Assembly (NCBI RefSeq): GCF_000009045.1
Contig: NC_000964.3
Location: 2,700,001-2,732,000, forward strand
From: Bacillus subtilis subsp. subtilis str. 168
GTDB taxonomy: Bacteria > Bacillota > Bacilli > Bacillales > Bacillaceae
Reading direction: 5' to 3'
Length of the DNA: 32,000 nucleotides
This document shows, piece by piece, positions 15,723-25,722 of this stretch. The position numbers were made by a program, and so were the translations under genes. Position 1 is the first letter of the stretch. Every line of letters begins with the position of its first letter. Below the pieces are notes generated by a model, which did no database searches, was not told where the DNA came from, and saw only the letters and a list, made by a program, of their open reading frames with translations.

Positions 15723-15974
15723 AGGTCGACGATCCTAAATGGCTTTTGAACATTTACATAGCACAACAACAGAGTATACGGAATTCTGTTGTTTGTCCCC
15801 CCTATCCCAGCTCTTTTAGATTTATCTCTTTGGATGCGCCTTGATGGCCAGTTTTTCAGCAGCATAGAATTTATCCCCTCCTGAATCGTTATAGCATATT
15901 TCAACGCCGATAGACTTGCGGTTCCCAGTGCCGTTTGTACCGTCTCCTGTATGTGGGCTCGCTTTTAGTAAACC
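15719..15974 (-). pseudogene. Internal fragment of a phage-type N-acetylmuramoyl-L-alanine amidase (Amidase_2, CwlA/XlyA-like)
   Basis: One frame reads ASPHTGDGTNGTGNRKSIGVEICYNDSGGDKFYAAEKLAIKA and stops at 15822-15824. It matches the family motif WH-GDG-G-GN--SIG-EIC. The N-terminal part is absent and the remainder is frameshifted. Confidence 0.75.
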
Positions 15975-16034
15975 AGTTTATATTCTTTTTGGGCACACAA
16001 CAGAAACAATTTTCCATATGAAAATCTCGTAATT

Positions 16035-16856
16035 TTACACCTCTTTAACTTGAAGGAGGATTTTTGCATATGTATTTTCATACCCGTCAACTACCATCTC
16101 ATCCAGCATATATTCCTCATATGCATTTTCCCCTATTTGCATTCCATTTCTTTCAATGAACTCAATGATTCTCCGGTACGCCTCTTCAGTATTTCCGCCT
16201 ATTTCATATCCAACTGCATACAGGCCTTTTGGCCGTACATGATAATTTATGTTCTCTGCCCCATCTTTTACTTTTATATAAAAGTAACTGTAATTGTAGA
16301 AGTCTTTTTCTAAGATTTGTTCCCGTGCAAAGATTCCGCCTATCGGATATCCTTCATCTAATTCATATTGCTGAACTTCATGAATGAGTTCTGAAATGGC
16401 TGCCACATATTTTCGTTCTGGTAAGTTTAATGTTTTTCGGCTTAACATGAATGTTTCTTCATTTAAATATTCAAAAGAAATTGAGGAAAAATCAGTCTCA
16501 AGTGCTTGTTCTGTAAGCGTCACTTTTGTTTGTAAGATCGTTTGCAACTGCTTAAGCTCATTTATTTTTTTATCAATCTCAATAGACTTTTCTTTTAGAA
16601 CATGCAGGATCTTGTCTGGTGTTTTTCCTTTTATTAGACACTTTATTTCTTTTAATGGAACCCCAAGCTCTTTAAATAGACTGATGACTTGAAAAGTCTC
16701 AAATTGATGATAGGAATAATATCTATACCCATTTTCTTTTTTTATTTCCGGCGAGAAAAGACCAATCTCATCATAATGAAATAAAGTTTGTTTTTTTACA
16801 CGGCAGAGCTTCGAAAACTCCCCTGTTGTGAAATACTTCTTAACATCTTCGCTCAT
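16035..16856 (-). CDS. bltR: MerR-family transcriptional activator of blt
   Basis: 273 aa with an N-terminal MerR HTH (YFTTGEFSKLCRVKKQTLFHYDEIGLF) and a GyrI-like C-terminal domain. Confidence 0.92.
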   Translation of the reverse strand: MSEDVKKYFTTGEFSKLCRVKKQTLFHYDEIGLFSPEIKKENGYRYYSYHQFETFQVISLFKELGVPLKEIKCLIKGKTPDKILHVLKEKSIEIDKKINELKQLQTILQTKVTLTEQALETDFSSISFEYLNEETFMLSRKTLNLPERKYVAAISELIHEVQQYELDEGYPIGGIFAREQILEKDFYNYSYFYIKVKDGAENINYHVRPKGLYAVGYEIGGNTEEAYRRIIEFIERNGMQIGENAYEEYMLDEMVVDGYENTYAKILLQVKEV

Positions 16857-16865
16857 AAAAACCTC

Positions 16866-16896
16866 CTTGACTATACGGTAACCATATACCTTATGA
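16866..16896 (+). promoter_or_regulatory. blt promoter with a 19-bp spacer containing a MerR-type palindrome
   Basis: TTGACT-19 nt-TATGAT. The spacer region carries TATACGGTAACCATATA, a 17-bp near-palindrome. Confidence 0.8.
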
Positions 16897-16972
16897 TTTG
16901 ATTGTACTTGAAAAAAGCTTCAAGCGAAAAGGATAGGTAAAAAGGGTTCAATTGAGTAAAAGGGGAATTCAG

Positions 16973-18175
16973 ATGAAAAAATCAATAAATGAGCAAAAAA
17001 CGATATTCATTATACTATTAAGCAACATCTTCGTAGCATTTCTTGGTATCGGTTTAATCATTCCAGTTATGCCTTCTTTTATGAAAATCATGCATTTATC
17101 CGGCAGCACAATGGGTTATCTTGTTGCGGCTTTTGCCATTTCTCAGTTAATTACTTCACCTTTTGCAGGTAGGTGGGTTGACCGTTTCGGGAGAAAAAAA
17201 ATGATTATTCTCGGGTTGCTTATATTCAGTTTATCTGAGTTGATTTTCGGATTAGGGACCCATGTTTCAATATTTTATTTCTCGAGGATATTGGGTGGTG
17301 TAAGTGCGGCTTTTATCATGCCCGCGGTAACAGCATATGTAGCTGATATTACAACCCTAAAGGAAAGGTCAAAGGCTATGGGGTATGTTTCTGCTGCAAT
17401 TAGCACCGGCTTTATTATTGGACCTGGTGCGGGAGGATTTATTGCCGGCTTTGGTATCCGCATGCCGTTTTTCTTCGCCTCCGCCATCGCGTTAATAGCA
17501 GCTGTCACTTCCGTTTTTATACTAAAAGAGTCATTGTCGATAGAAGAACGCCATCAACTCTCATCTCATACAAAGGAATCAAATTTCATTAAAGACTTGA
17601 AGAGATCCATTCATCCTGTCTATTTCATTGCATTTATTATCGTCTTTGTAATGGCTTTTGGTTTATCAGCTTATGAAACGGTATTCAGCTTGTTTTCTGA
17701 TCATAAATTTGGCTTCACACCAAAAGATATTGCAGCCATTATTACGATTAGTTCCATTGTTGCGGTAGTTATTCAAGTTTTACTATTCGGGAAATTGGTC
17801 AACAAACTTGGAGAGAAAAGAATGATTCAGCTGTGCTTAATAACCGGTGCGATCTTGGCTTTCGTGTCTACTGTTATGTCAGGATTTTTAACTGTTTTGC
17901 TTGTAACTTGTTTTATTTTTCTGGCGTTCGATTTGCTACGTCCGGCCTTAACCGCTCATTTATCCAATATGGCCGGTAACCAGCAGGGTTTCGTAGCAGG
18001 CATGAACTCCACATACACCAGCCTGGGAAATATATTTGGACCTGCTCTAGGCGGTATACTATTTGATCTTAACATTCATTATCCTTTCCTTTTTGCAGGT
18101 TTCGTTATGATTGTCGGCCTTGGTCTTACAATGGTTTGGAAAGAAAAAAAGAATGATGCTGCAGCTTTGAATTAA
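16973..18175 (+). CDS. blt: MFS multidrug/spermidine efflux transporter
   Basis: 400 aa starting from the ATG at 16973 (SD AAAGGGG). It is a 12-TM MFS protein with the motif GRWVDRFGRKKM. Confidence 0.92.
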   Translation: MKKSINEQKTIFIILLSNIFVAFLGIGLIIPVMPSFMKIMHLSGSTMGYLVAAFAISQLITSPFAGRWVDRFGRKKMIILGLLIFSLSELIFGLGTHVSIFYFSRILGGVSAAFIMPAVTAYVADITTLKERSKAMGYVSAAISTGFIIGPGAGGFIAGFGIRMPFFFASAIALIAAVTSVFILKESLSIEERHQLSSHTKESNFIKDLKRSIHPVYFIAFIIVFVMAFGLSAYETVFSLFSDHKFGFTPKDIAAIITISSIVAVVIQVLLFGKLVNKLGEKRMIQLCLITGAILAFVSTVMSGFLTVLLVTCFIFLAFDLLRPALTAHLSNMAGNQQGFVAGMNSTYTSLGNIFGPALGGILFDLNIHYPFLFAGFVMIVGLGLTMVWKEKKNDAAALN

Positions 18176-18343
18176 TTCATTTTCTATAAAGTTAAGTCAT
18201 TTGGATGCAGGGAATGCCCCTGGTTAGGCACAATAAGAAAAGGTACTTAATTTGATAGGCTACATGTTGCTTGACGTGAATATAGTATAAGCTGAGTTTT
18301 AGCAATATCAGGATACCGGGATAAGAAAAAAGGAGAATGTAGT

Positions 18344-18802
18344 ATGAGTATAAACATAAAAGCAGTAACTGATGATAATCGTGCTGCAATTCTTGATCTA
18401 CATGTCAGCCAGAATCAATTATCATATATTGAATCTACAAAAGTATGTTTAGAAGATGCAAAAGAATGTCACTATTATAAACCTGTCGGGCTTTACTATG
18501 AAGGAGATCTAGTCGGTTTTGCAATGTATGGATTGTTTCCCGAGTATGATGAAGATAATAAAAACGGACGAGTCTGGCTTGACCGATTTTTTATTGACGA
18601 ACGCTATCAGGGAAAAGGATTAGGGAAGAAAATGCTTAAAGCCCTCATTCAGCACCTTGCTGAGTTATATAAATGCAAGAGAATTTATTTAAGTATATTT
18701 GAAAATAATATTCATGCTATACGCCTTTATCAAAGGTTTGGTTTTCAATTTAATGGTGAACTCGACTTTAATGGTGAGAAGGTAATGGTAAAAGAGCTAT
18801 AG
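18344..18802 (+). CDS. bltD: Spermine/spermidine N-acetyltransferase (GNAT)
   Basis: 152 aa with RYQGKGLGKKML. SD AAAGGAG precedes it. Confidence 0.9.
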   Translation: MSINIKAVTDDNRAAILDLHVSQNQLSYIESTKVCLEDAKECHYYKPVGLYYEGDLVGFAMYGLFPEYDEDNKNGRVWLDRFFIDERYQGKGLGKKMLKALIQHLAELYKCKRIYLSIFENNIHAIRLYQRFGFQFNGELDFNGEKVMVKEL

Positions 18803-18885
18803 ATATCCAAGCCTCCTTGTTTGCTGAGAAACGTTTGAACTTCGATAATGATTACCTACTTAAACTGCAAGATCATTGTTTAAAA

Positions 18886-18916
18886 AAGCCTGGATGAAAA
18901 TTTCATCTCAGGCTTT
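18886..18916. terminator. Bidirectional terminator between the convergent bltD and yrkA
   Basis: AAGCCTGGATGAAA pairs with TTTCATCTCAGGCTT (one bulge), with A- and T-runs on the flanks. Confidence 0.75.
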
Positions 18917-18958
18917 AAGCATCTTATTAGTCAAAATCTCATGTGTTTTATCCAGATG

Positions 18959-20263
18959 TTATTCTTTTTTCCGGACAATTTCTAAATAATTAATATGCCG
19001 GCCAACTGTTTCGTGCACTTTAAAAATATACCCATCGGCTTCTATAACGGACCCAACTGCAGCGTCTATTTGTTGAGTCATAAACCAGCCGCCTATTGTA
19101 TCCACTTCGTCACTTGCTAACGTCGTTCCCAATAAATCATTTACATCTTCAATGAGCACTTTCGAATCTAAGATATAGTGATTATCATTTACTTTTCTAA
19201 TATTAGGCACTTCATCTTTATCAAATTCATCTCTGATTTCCCCGACAATTTCTTCAAGAATATCTTCAGCAGTGACTAAACCTGAAGTGCCGCCATATTC
19301 ATCCACAAGAATAGCGATATGTGTTCGCTCTTTTTGCATTTTTACCAATACATCATGAATTGGAACGGATTCAATAACATGGATAACAGGGTTGATATGA
19401 TTTTCTAACTTGAAATCCTCTTTTATCTTCTGGTCTGTGTCAATATAAGCTGACAAAAATTCTTTAGCATTGATAAAACCAATGATTGAATCTTTATCTC
19501 CATTTAGGACTGGGTACCTTGTATAGCTCTCTGTCTTAATGATCTTAACAATAGTTTCATAAGAATCCTCACTAGAAATCGCTACGATCTCTCTTCTCGG
19601 AATCATAATTTCTTTGGCGATTCTTTCATCAAATTCAAAAATATTATTTACATATTTCAACTCATTTTGATTGATTTCACCGCTCTTATAGCTTTCAGAC
19701 AGTAAGATGCGCAGTTCTTCTTCAGAATGAGCAAGTTCATGTTCTGATGCAGGTTTCAAACCGAAGAGTCCTACTATAAACCGGGCTGAACCATTTAAAA
19801 ACCATATAAAAGGGAACAGGATGCGGTAAAACCAAATAATTGGCTTTGCAGTCAAAAGAGTGATGGTTTCCGCTTTTTGGATAGCGAGTGTTTTAGGAGC
19901 AAGCTCTCCAACTACAACGTGCAAAAAAGTCGCCATCACAAAAGCAATCACTAAGATCAATACATGTGAGACTGTTTCACTTACATGAAAATGAGCAAAT
20001 AAGGGGTGCAAAATCACTTCAAAAGTCGATTCTCCGACCCAGCCAATTCCCAACGCTGTAACCGTGATCCCTAATTGACAAGCTGACAAATATTCGTCCA
20101 AATGAGTAATGACCTTTTTGGCTGATATGGCACCTTTTTTTCCCTCTAATATGAGTTGGTCAATTTTTGATGACCTGATCTTTACTATCGCAAATTCAGT
20201 CGCAACAAAAAATGCTGTTAAGACAATTAAAAGAGTAAAGATTATAAGGTTAATGGTTGTCAA
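18959..20263 (-). CDS. yrkA: CNNM/DUF21-CBS-CorC family transporter (Mg2+ efflux type)
   Basis: 434 aa with an N-terminal DUF21 TM domain, a CBS pair and a CorC_HlyC C-terminus. It starts at a TTG, and a stop codon lies 3 codons upstream. Confidence 0.9.
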   Translation of the reverse strand: MTTINLIIFTLLIVLTAFFVATEFAIVKIRSSKIDQLILEGKKGAISAKKVITHLDEYLSACQLGITVTALGIGWVGESTFEVILHPLFAHFHVSETVSHVLILVIAFVMATFLHVVVGELAPKTLAIQKAETITLLTAKPIIWFYRILFPFIWFLNGSARFIVGLFGLKPASEHELAHSEEELRILLSESYKSGEINQNELKYVNNIFEFDERIAKEIMIPRREIVAISSEDSYETIVKIIKTESYTRYPVLNGDKDSIIGFINAKEFLSAYIDTDQKIKEDFKLENHINPVIHVIESVPIHDVLVKMQKERTHIAILVDEYGGTSGLVTAEDILEEIVGEIRDEFDKDEVPNIRKVNDNHYILDSKVLIEDVNDLLGTTLASDEVDTIGGWFMTQQIDAAVGSVIEADGYIFKVHETVGRHINYLEIVRKKE

Positions 20264-20339
20264 TGATTTGCCTTACCTAGTAAGGCGTACACCTCCGATG
20301 TAAATATTTATTGAATAAACAAAAAACAGTATATATAAC

Positions 20340-20368
20340 ATTATAAGTTCAAAAGAACCTAAAATCAA
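20340..20368 (-). promoter_or_regulatory. Sigma-A-type promoter of yrkA (TTGATT-17-TATAAT)
   Basis: -35 at 20363-20368 and -10 at 20340-20345 (minus strand). Confidence 0.6.
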
Positions 20369-20455
20369 CTCTGAATGATGTAAATAATCATCTTTTTCCG
20401 TATGGAGAGTGGTTCCCATAGTCTTCAACTAACGATTAGTGGCGTTTTAAGGCTT

Positions 20456-20501
20456 AAAAAAGAAAGCAAAATAAAAACACACCTGAATTTTCTGGTGTGT
20501 T
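20456..20501 (-). terminator. Terminator after the 47-aa ORF and yrdR
   Basis: Stem AACACACC / GGTGTGTT (20476-20483 / 20494-20501), followed on the minus strand by a long T-rich run. Confidence 0.75.
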
Positions 20502-20525
20502 TCAATAATACCCAACCGTCTTGAT

Positions 20526-20669
20526 TTATTTAATGTCTTTATAAAGATTTTCTTTTAAAATTTGAATCAATTCGGCCTGTTGCTTTATATTTTTGCGGCC
20601 ATTTCTATTAATTGCAGCAAGTTCACAGACAATTCCAGCTGAAATGAAAAACAATAAACCTTCAAACAT
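20526..20669 (-). CDS. Small 47-aa protein with an N-terminal hydrophobic segment (MFEGLLFFISAGIVCELAAINRNGRKNIKQQAELIQILKENLYKDIK)
   Basis: SD GGGGGA lies 6 nt upstream of the ATG. The ORF lies between the yrdR stop and the terminator. It is too short for the ORF track. Confidence 0.5.
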   Translation of the reverse strand: MFEGLLFFISAGIVCELAAINRNGRKNIKQQAELIQILKENLYKDIK

Positions 20670-20686
20670 TTTAAATCCCCCACTGT

Positions 20687-21652
20687 CTAAGTGATAGTCA
20701 AATTTGTTTTTTCTTTTTGCAATACCTGCTTATAATCTTCCTTACGCTGATATATGTTATTTAAAATGAGTCCAATAATGACAAACAGTGTTCCTACTAT
20801 ATCAAAAGCAGTTATGTTATATCCTTTGATCACCATGATTAACAATGTAGTAATGGGGACAAAGTTAATAAATAAAATCCCATTAATGGATGATAGGATT
20901 TTAATGCCATAGTTCCAACTAAGGAGGGCTATGATACCTGGTAAAGTAATCATAAATAAAAAATCATACTTAATTGCTGCAATCACTTTAATACTCGGTA
21001 CCGACACGTAACCTTGCGCGGTAAGTATAGCTGTCATGATTCCTGTTATAGCTGTGCCGAATAAACATGTCAAAGTTGAATAACGAAGTGTGGACCACTC
21101 TCGGAATATCTGTCCCCCCATTGTGTAGACAACCCACCCTAAAACACCAATGAATATAAAGAGTATCGAGAATAGATGATCCCCTAATGAAAAAAAGAAA
21201 CTTATATTACCTTTGGTTATGACCATCGAAGCCCCCAAAAAGGCAATCAATATACTGATCATTGTGTATTTTTTAGGTTTCACATGTTTATATCCCCATA
21301 GAATAACAATTGAAAGCATCGGCATGAGTGCCTCGGCAATGGATGCTGTCATAATTCCAGACTTCCCCATCAACCTTTGACCTAAAAAAATAAGAACATT
21401 GTATATAGTAAACGCCATCACCCCAAATAAAATGATCCATTTTGCTTTACCCTCTAAATGAAATGATTTCTTTCCTTCTCTCACCAATAATAAAATCACT
21501 AACATAATCGTTACCACACCGTAGCGAATAAATGAAAAATAAAACGGATCAACAAATTCTAATGCATGATCTGCAACTGGAAACATCGCGCCCCAAGACA
21601 TACTTGCTACTAAACATGTAAGGGCACCAATGAATAATTGACCTTTTTTCAT
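20687..21652 (-). CDS. yrdR: EamA/DMT-family transporter
   Basis: 321 aa from the ATG at 21652 (SD AAGGAGGGG). It has 10 TM segments and a duplicated EamA architecture. The ORF-track start at 21712 lacks an SD. Confidence 0.88.
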   Translation of the reverse strand: MKKGQLFIGALTCLVASMSWGAMFPVADHALEFVDPFYFSFIRYGVVTIMLVILLLVREGKKSFHLEGKAKWIILFGVMAFTIYNVLIFLGQRLMGKSGIMTASIAEALMPMLSIVILWGYKHVKPKKYTMISILIAFLGASMVITKGNISFFFSLGDHLFSILFIFIGVLGWVVYTMGGQIFREWSTLRYSTLTCLFGTAITGIMTAILTAQGYVSVPSIKVIAAIKYDFLFMITLPGIIALLSWNYGIKILSSINGILFINFVPITTLLIMVIKGYNITAFDIVGTLFVIIGLILNNIYQRKEDYKQVLQKEKTNLTIT

Positions 21653-21728
21653 TGAATTCCCCTCCTTTTCTTTAAAATTACAATGAGAATTATAAAAAGA
21701 AGTAAGCATCAAGTAAAATGAACAAAAG

Positions 21729-21743
21729 TGATGAAAAACATCA
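21729..21743. promoter_or_regulatory. Dyad TGATG-N5-CATCA (T-N11-A type) in the yrdR-yrdQ divergent region
   Basis: Perfect 5-bp arms. It is a candidate YrdQ (LysR) site. Confidence 0.4.
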
Positions 21744-21777
21744 TTGATAATGATACTTTAATGAAGGGGGGATCTTC

Positions 21778-22644
21778 ATGGAACTGCGAGACTTACAAAT
21801 TTTCAAATGCGTAGCCCATCACAAGAGTATTACCGGTGCTGCAAAAGAGTTAAATTATGTACAATCTAATGTAACTGCGCGGATTAAGCAATTAGAGAAT
21901 GAGCTCAAAACACCTCTTTTCAATCGCCATAAAAAAGGGGTTTCACTAAGCCCAGAGGGCCGAAAAATGATTGAATACGTTAACAAAATTTTGAAAGATG
22001 TTGAAGAACTGGAGCAAGTCTTTCTAGATACTGAAATACCGTCTGGAATATTAAAAATCGGTACAGTGGAAACAGTGAGGATACTGCCGACCATCATAGC
22101 TTCCTATTATAAAAAGTATCCTAATGTGGATTTATCATTGCAGGCTGGTCTAACAGAGGAACTTATTAAAAAGGTCATGAATCACGAATTAGACGGAGCT
22201 TTTATTTCAGGCCCCTTGAAACATTCTATTCTGGAACAGTATGATGTTTATACTGAAAAACTTACTCTTGTAACCAGTAACAAAACGTTTAATATAGAGG
22301 ATTTTTCAACGACTCCGATTCTTGTTTTTAACCAGGGGTGCGGGTATCGGTCTAGGCTTGAACAATGGCTCAAAGATGAAGGTGTGCTCCCAAACAGAAT
22401 GATGGAATTTAACATCCTAGAGACAATCTTAAATAGTGTTGCACTTGGACTCGGTATAACAGTGGTACCGGAATCTGCTGTTATGCATCTAGCTGTACAA
22501 GGTAAGGTTTATTGCCACCCATTGCCTGAGAAAGACAGCTGTATCTCAACAATTTTTATACGCCATAAAGATGCGTACCTGACAAATTCAATGCGCAGCC
22601 TCCTAAAGACCATTGTTGAACATAAAAATATGAGTATGGCTTAA
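21778..22644 (+). CDS. yrdQ: LysR-family transcriptional regulator (paralog of GltR)
   Basis: 288 aa with an N-terminal HTH ([24 protein letters not shown]). Confidence 0.9.
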   Translation: MELRDLQIFKCVAHHKSITGAAKELNYVQSNVTARIKQLENELKTPLFNRHKKGVSLSPEGRKMIEYVNKILKDVEELEQVFLDTEIPSGILKIGTVETVRILPTIIASYYKKYPNVDLSLQAGLTEELIKKVMNHELDGAFISGPLKHSILEQYDVYTEKLTLVTSNKTFNIEDFSTTPILVFNQGCGYRSRLEQWLKDEGVLPNRMMEFNILETILNSVALGLGITVVPESAVMHLAVQGKVYCHPLPEKDSCISTIFIRHKDAYLTNSMRSLLKTIVEHKNMSMA

Positions 22645-22723
22645 AGTGATTTTTCTCTTTCTATATTCTAACTTCTTAAATAAAAGAGAAGGCTCATCTC
22701 CACTTCGCTACCCTTATTCACGC

Positions 22724-22759
22724 AAAAAATAGAGCAGTAAACATGTGAGTTACTGCTCT
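22724..22759 (-). terminator. Terminator of czcD-czcO
   Basis: A 10-bp perfect stem (AGAGCAGTAA / TTACTGCTCT), followed on the minus strand by TTTTTT. Confidence 0.8.
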
Positions 22760-22766
22760 GCTTCGT

Positions 22767-23804
22767 TTATTCACCGTTCATTTGTTTTACAATGTATTCA
22801 GCATCATTTCCTACGCCTTGAAGCAACGCTGAACCTCGCTTATGCTGCCAAGGCAAACCTATAAAGTACAATCCTTCTACAGGTGAAACACCTCTATGAT
22901 GTATGATTCGACCTTCTTGATCCAAAACACCTTTTATATTTATCCAACATAAGGGATTCCTGAAACCAGTAGCCCAAATAATATTGTTTACTTCTAATGT
23001 AGATGAATCTTTAAAAATGATTTCATTTTGCTTTGCGGCAATGACTCTTTTTTTTAAGATGATCTCCTTCTGTTTTATTGCATGTTTTAATTCATGCCCA
23101 AATACTGGATCACCTTTCTTTTGAATGAATTTGCCTACTATTGATGTATGACTTGCATGTAAAACTCCTAGTTTATCAAACCACCAAAAGATGCTTCTTT
23201 TTCCGATCATTAAAGGGAAATAAACAAGTTTATTACTACAAGCTAAATATGTAACTCTTTCTTTGGATAATTCAACAGCTATTTGAGCACCACTATTCCC
23301 ACCACCAACTACTAGTACATTTCCATATGCCAATTGTTTTGAATTCTTATATTGTGATGAGTGTAGTTGATTAATATTATCGGATAAATCCTTTGATATT
23401 GATGGAATATTAGGGGTATGAAAAGGCCCTGTAGCAATGACAAGATTCTTCGTTTGATATTCTTCCCGATTTGTTTTTATTAAGAAATAATTCTTTATTT
23501 TTAGGACACTTATTACTTCTGTCCGTAATTGGATTGGAATTTCAAATTTTTTAACATACTTCTTTAGATAAGCAACAATTTCATTTTTTGAAGGAAATCC
23601 ATGTTTTTCTCCTTCAAGATGCATTCCAGGCAAAGAGCTATACATTCGAGAAGTAAATAAAACTAATGAGTCATACCGATCTTTCCAGCTCTCCCCCACC
23701 TCATGACTTTTATCCAAAATGATAAACTTTTGATCGGACTGCTTAAGATAATATCCTATTGAGATCCCTGCTTGACCAGCCCCGATTACTATAGTGTCGT
23801 ACAC
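22767..23804 (-). CDS. czcO: FAD-dependent pyridine nucleotide-disulfide/flavin monooxygenase-like oxidoreductase
   Basis: 345 aa with an N-terminal VIGAGQAG dinucleotide fold and a second GGGNSG motif. Confidence 0.88.
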   Translation of the reverse strand: MYDTIVIGAGQAGISIGYYLKQSDQKFIILDKSHEVGESWKDRYDSLVLFTSRMYSSLPGMHLEGEKHGFPSKNEIVAYLKKYVKKFEIPIQLRTEVISVLKIKNYFLIKTNREEYQTKNLVIATGPFHTPNIPSISKDLSDNINQLHSSQYKNSKQLAYGNVLVVGGGNSGAQIAVELSKERVTYLACSNKLVYFPLMIGKRSIFWWFDKLGVLHASHTSIVGKFIQKKGDPVFGHELKHAIKQKEIILKKRVIAAKQNEIIFKDSSTLEVNNIIWATGFRNPLCWINIKGVLDQEGRIIHHRGVSPVEGLYFIGLPWQHKRGSALLQGVGNDAEYIVKQMNGE

Positions 23805-23891
23805 ATTATCACCCCGCCAATTTCAAATTGTCAGTAGACAGAATCTGCAAAATCCTAGTTGATCTCCTCACTATAAAGTTAGATAAAAAAT

Positions 23892-24827
23892 TTAATGGTG
23901 ATGGTGGTCACGCTGCTTCTCCATTTTGGGCTGACAAAGGATCGCATTGTCGTGGTTATGCGCTTCGGTTTCCATTTGAATGGTTACGTGCGTAATGCCT
24001 TTATGCTCAAGTTCATGTTCAATTTTGCGTAAAATATTTTCACTTTCTGAAATGGTCAGTTGATCGTCAACAACTGCGTGGCAAGAAAGAGCATTCAATC
24101 CGCTTGTGATAGACCATATGTGTAAATCATGAATGTTTTGAATTCCCTCTGTCCCTTCAATTGTACGAATGATATCAGAGACATCGATATTTTCTGGAGT
24201 TCCTTCCATTAAGATGTGAATGGAATCTTTAGTCACATTGTAACCGCTTCTTAGAACAAGAATAGCCACAATGATACTAGCCAATGGATCTGCCCAGCCC
24301 CATCCAAAGAAGATGATAAGTATGGCAGCTAAAATGGCACCTACAGAGCCGAGCATATCGCTTATTACATGTAAATAAGCTCCTCTTATATTCAGATTAT
24401 TCTTTGTATCTCCGCCACTCATCATAATCCAAGCGACCAATAGATTCACAACTAACCCGATGATACTAATTGTAAGCATGCCGGTTGTTGCTACTTTTGG
24501 TGGATTAGAGAAGCGTTCGATTGCTTCATAAATGATATAAAGAGAAATAAGAATTAAGGCAGCACCGTTTATCACAGCTGCAAGAATCTCAAATCGTTTA
24601 TAGCCGAATGTCTTATTGTGATTTGCCTTTTTTTCAGCTAATGTAAAAGCAATCAGGGCAACCATTAATGAAATTGAATCACTCAGCATATGGCCTGCAT
24701 CAGATAAAAGCGCCAGGCTATTTGTTAAAAATCCACCTATAGCTTCTATAATCATATAACCTGTAATCATGATAAAAGAGATCAATAAAACCTTTTTATT
24801 TGCTCCTTCATTATGATTGTGACCCAT
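23892..24827 (-). CDS. czcD: Cation diffusion facilitator (Zn/Co/Cd/Cu efflux)
   Basis: 311 aa from the ATG at 24827 (SD AAGGAGGAG). It has His-rich termini (MGHNHNEG...RDHHHH) and the CDF signature. Confidence 0.92.
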   Translation of the reverse strand: MGHNHNEGANKKVLLISFIMITGYMIIEAIGGFLTNSLALLSDAGHMLSDSISLMVALIAFTLAEKKANHNKTFGYKRFEILAAVINGAALILISLYIIYEAIERFSNPPKVATTGMLTISIIGLVVNLLVAWIMMSGGDTKNNLNIRGAYLHVISDMLGSVGAILAAILIIFFGWGWADPLASIIVAILVLRSGYNVTKDSIHILMEGTPENIDVSDIIRTIEGTEGIQNIHDLHIWSITSGLNALSCHAVVDDQLTISESENILRKIEHELEHKGITHVTIQMETEAHNHDNAILCQPKMEKQRDHHHH

Positions 24828-24920
24828 AAAAAACTCCTCCTTACCTAAAGTTTTTAATACATATGTATTTATTATTTCAAATCTGTTATGAAGCATTCTA
24901 ACATGATACAAATAATATTT

Positions 24921-24944
24921 ATATATGAGCATGTGTTCATATAT
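24921..24944. promoter_or_regulatory. ArsR/SmtB-type (CzrA-like) operator upstream of czcD
   Basis: ATATATGAGCATGTGTTCATATAT, an imperfect 12-12 palindrome with TATATGA/TCATATA arms. Confidence 0.6.
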
Positions 24945-25024
24945 AAATATATCTGCTCTTTACTGAAATGTCAAAATATTTTTATAGAAATCCACAATAC
25001 CTCCTTAATTATTCTTTTATAAAC

Positions 25025-25060
25025 ATAAAAAAGCGGAGCAAACACATGGTTTGCTCCGCT
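25025..25060 (-). terminator. Terminator of yrdN
   Basis: A 12-bp perfect stem (AGCGGAGCAAAC / GTTTGCTCCGCT), followed on the minus strand by TTTTTT. Confidence 0.85.
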
Positions 25061-25113
25061 ACCCTAGTTTCTCTATCCTTTTCTTCAATCAAGCATTTGA
25101 GGGTAGTATTCAA

Positions 25114-25503
25114 CTACAATTTACCTGTTAAAAATTGGGCCTCACCAAGTCCAAAACTCCAGTCAGCATTATCATTTTCAACAATAGATACAATTAAATC
25201 AGTTGATGCGATACCACACTCAGATTCCAGTCTTTCAGCTAACAGCCTGTAAAATTTTTGTTTCTTCTCTTCCGGTCGGGATTTACTTGTAACTGAAAGA
25301 ACAACAAGATTTTTAGTTCGGTTAAATCCTAACCCAGTATCCTCAATAATCATATGATTTTCTGGATGTTCATGAACAATTTGATAACGGTCTTGTTGAG
25401 GCACATCAAAAGCCTCTACTACAACATTGTGAGCGACATCTAAAAGTTTTTTCAAACTTGATTGATCTCGCCCTTCTATTAAGTCAAAACGAAGTAATGG
25501 CAT
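25114..25503 (-). CDS. yrdN: Tautomerase-superfamily protein (Pro1 after the initiator Met)
   Basis: 129 aa from the ATG at 25503 (SD GAAGGAGGGG). It begins MPLLRFDL. Confidence 0.85.
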   Translation of the reverse strand: MPLLRFDLIEGRDQSSLKKLLDVAHNVVVEAFDVPQQDRYQIVHEHPENHMIIEDTGLGFNRTKNLVVLSVTSKSRPEEKKQKFYRLLAERLESECGIASTDLIVSIVENDNADWSFGLGEAQFLTGKL

Positions 25504-25722
25504 AAAATCCCCTCCTTCTACTACAACAGTCTTTTTAATTTCATTCGTTAATGTGTCAGCTATTTCCAAGCAGCTGCTACATTTAGAAAATAAAGTAATT
25601 TCCCAATAACCCCTTCATTCTGGTGTTAGTCAAGCCTATGTTATGATGTGTATTTCCATAGGCAATATACAGAATCAACTTCGAGTAATTAACCATTTTT
25701 TGAAATAGCTTTATCACTTACT

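Noticed and set aside
18192-18389. A 65-aa minus-strand ORF in the blt-bltD gap.
   Set aside because: It is a low-complexity Leu/Tyr-rich translation of AT-rich spacer and overlaps the bltD start. It has no SD.
24968-25252. A 94-aa plus-strand ORF between czcD and yrdN.
   Set aside because: It reads through the 12-bp yrdN terminator stem and then runs antisense to yrdN. It is AT-rich, low-complexity and has no SD.
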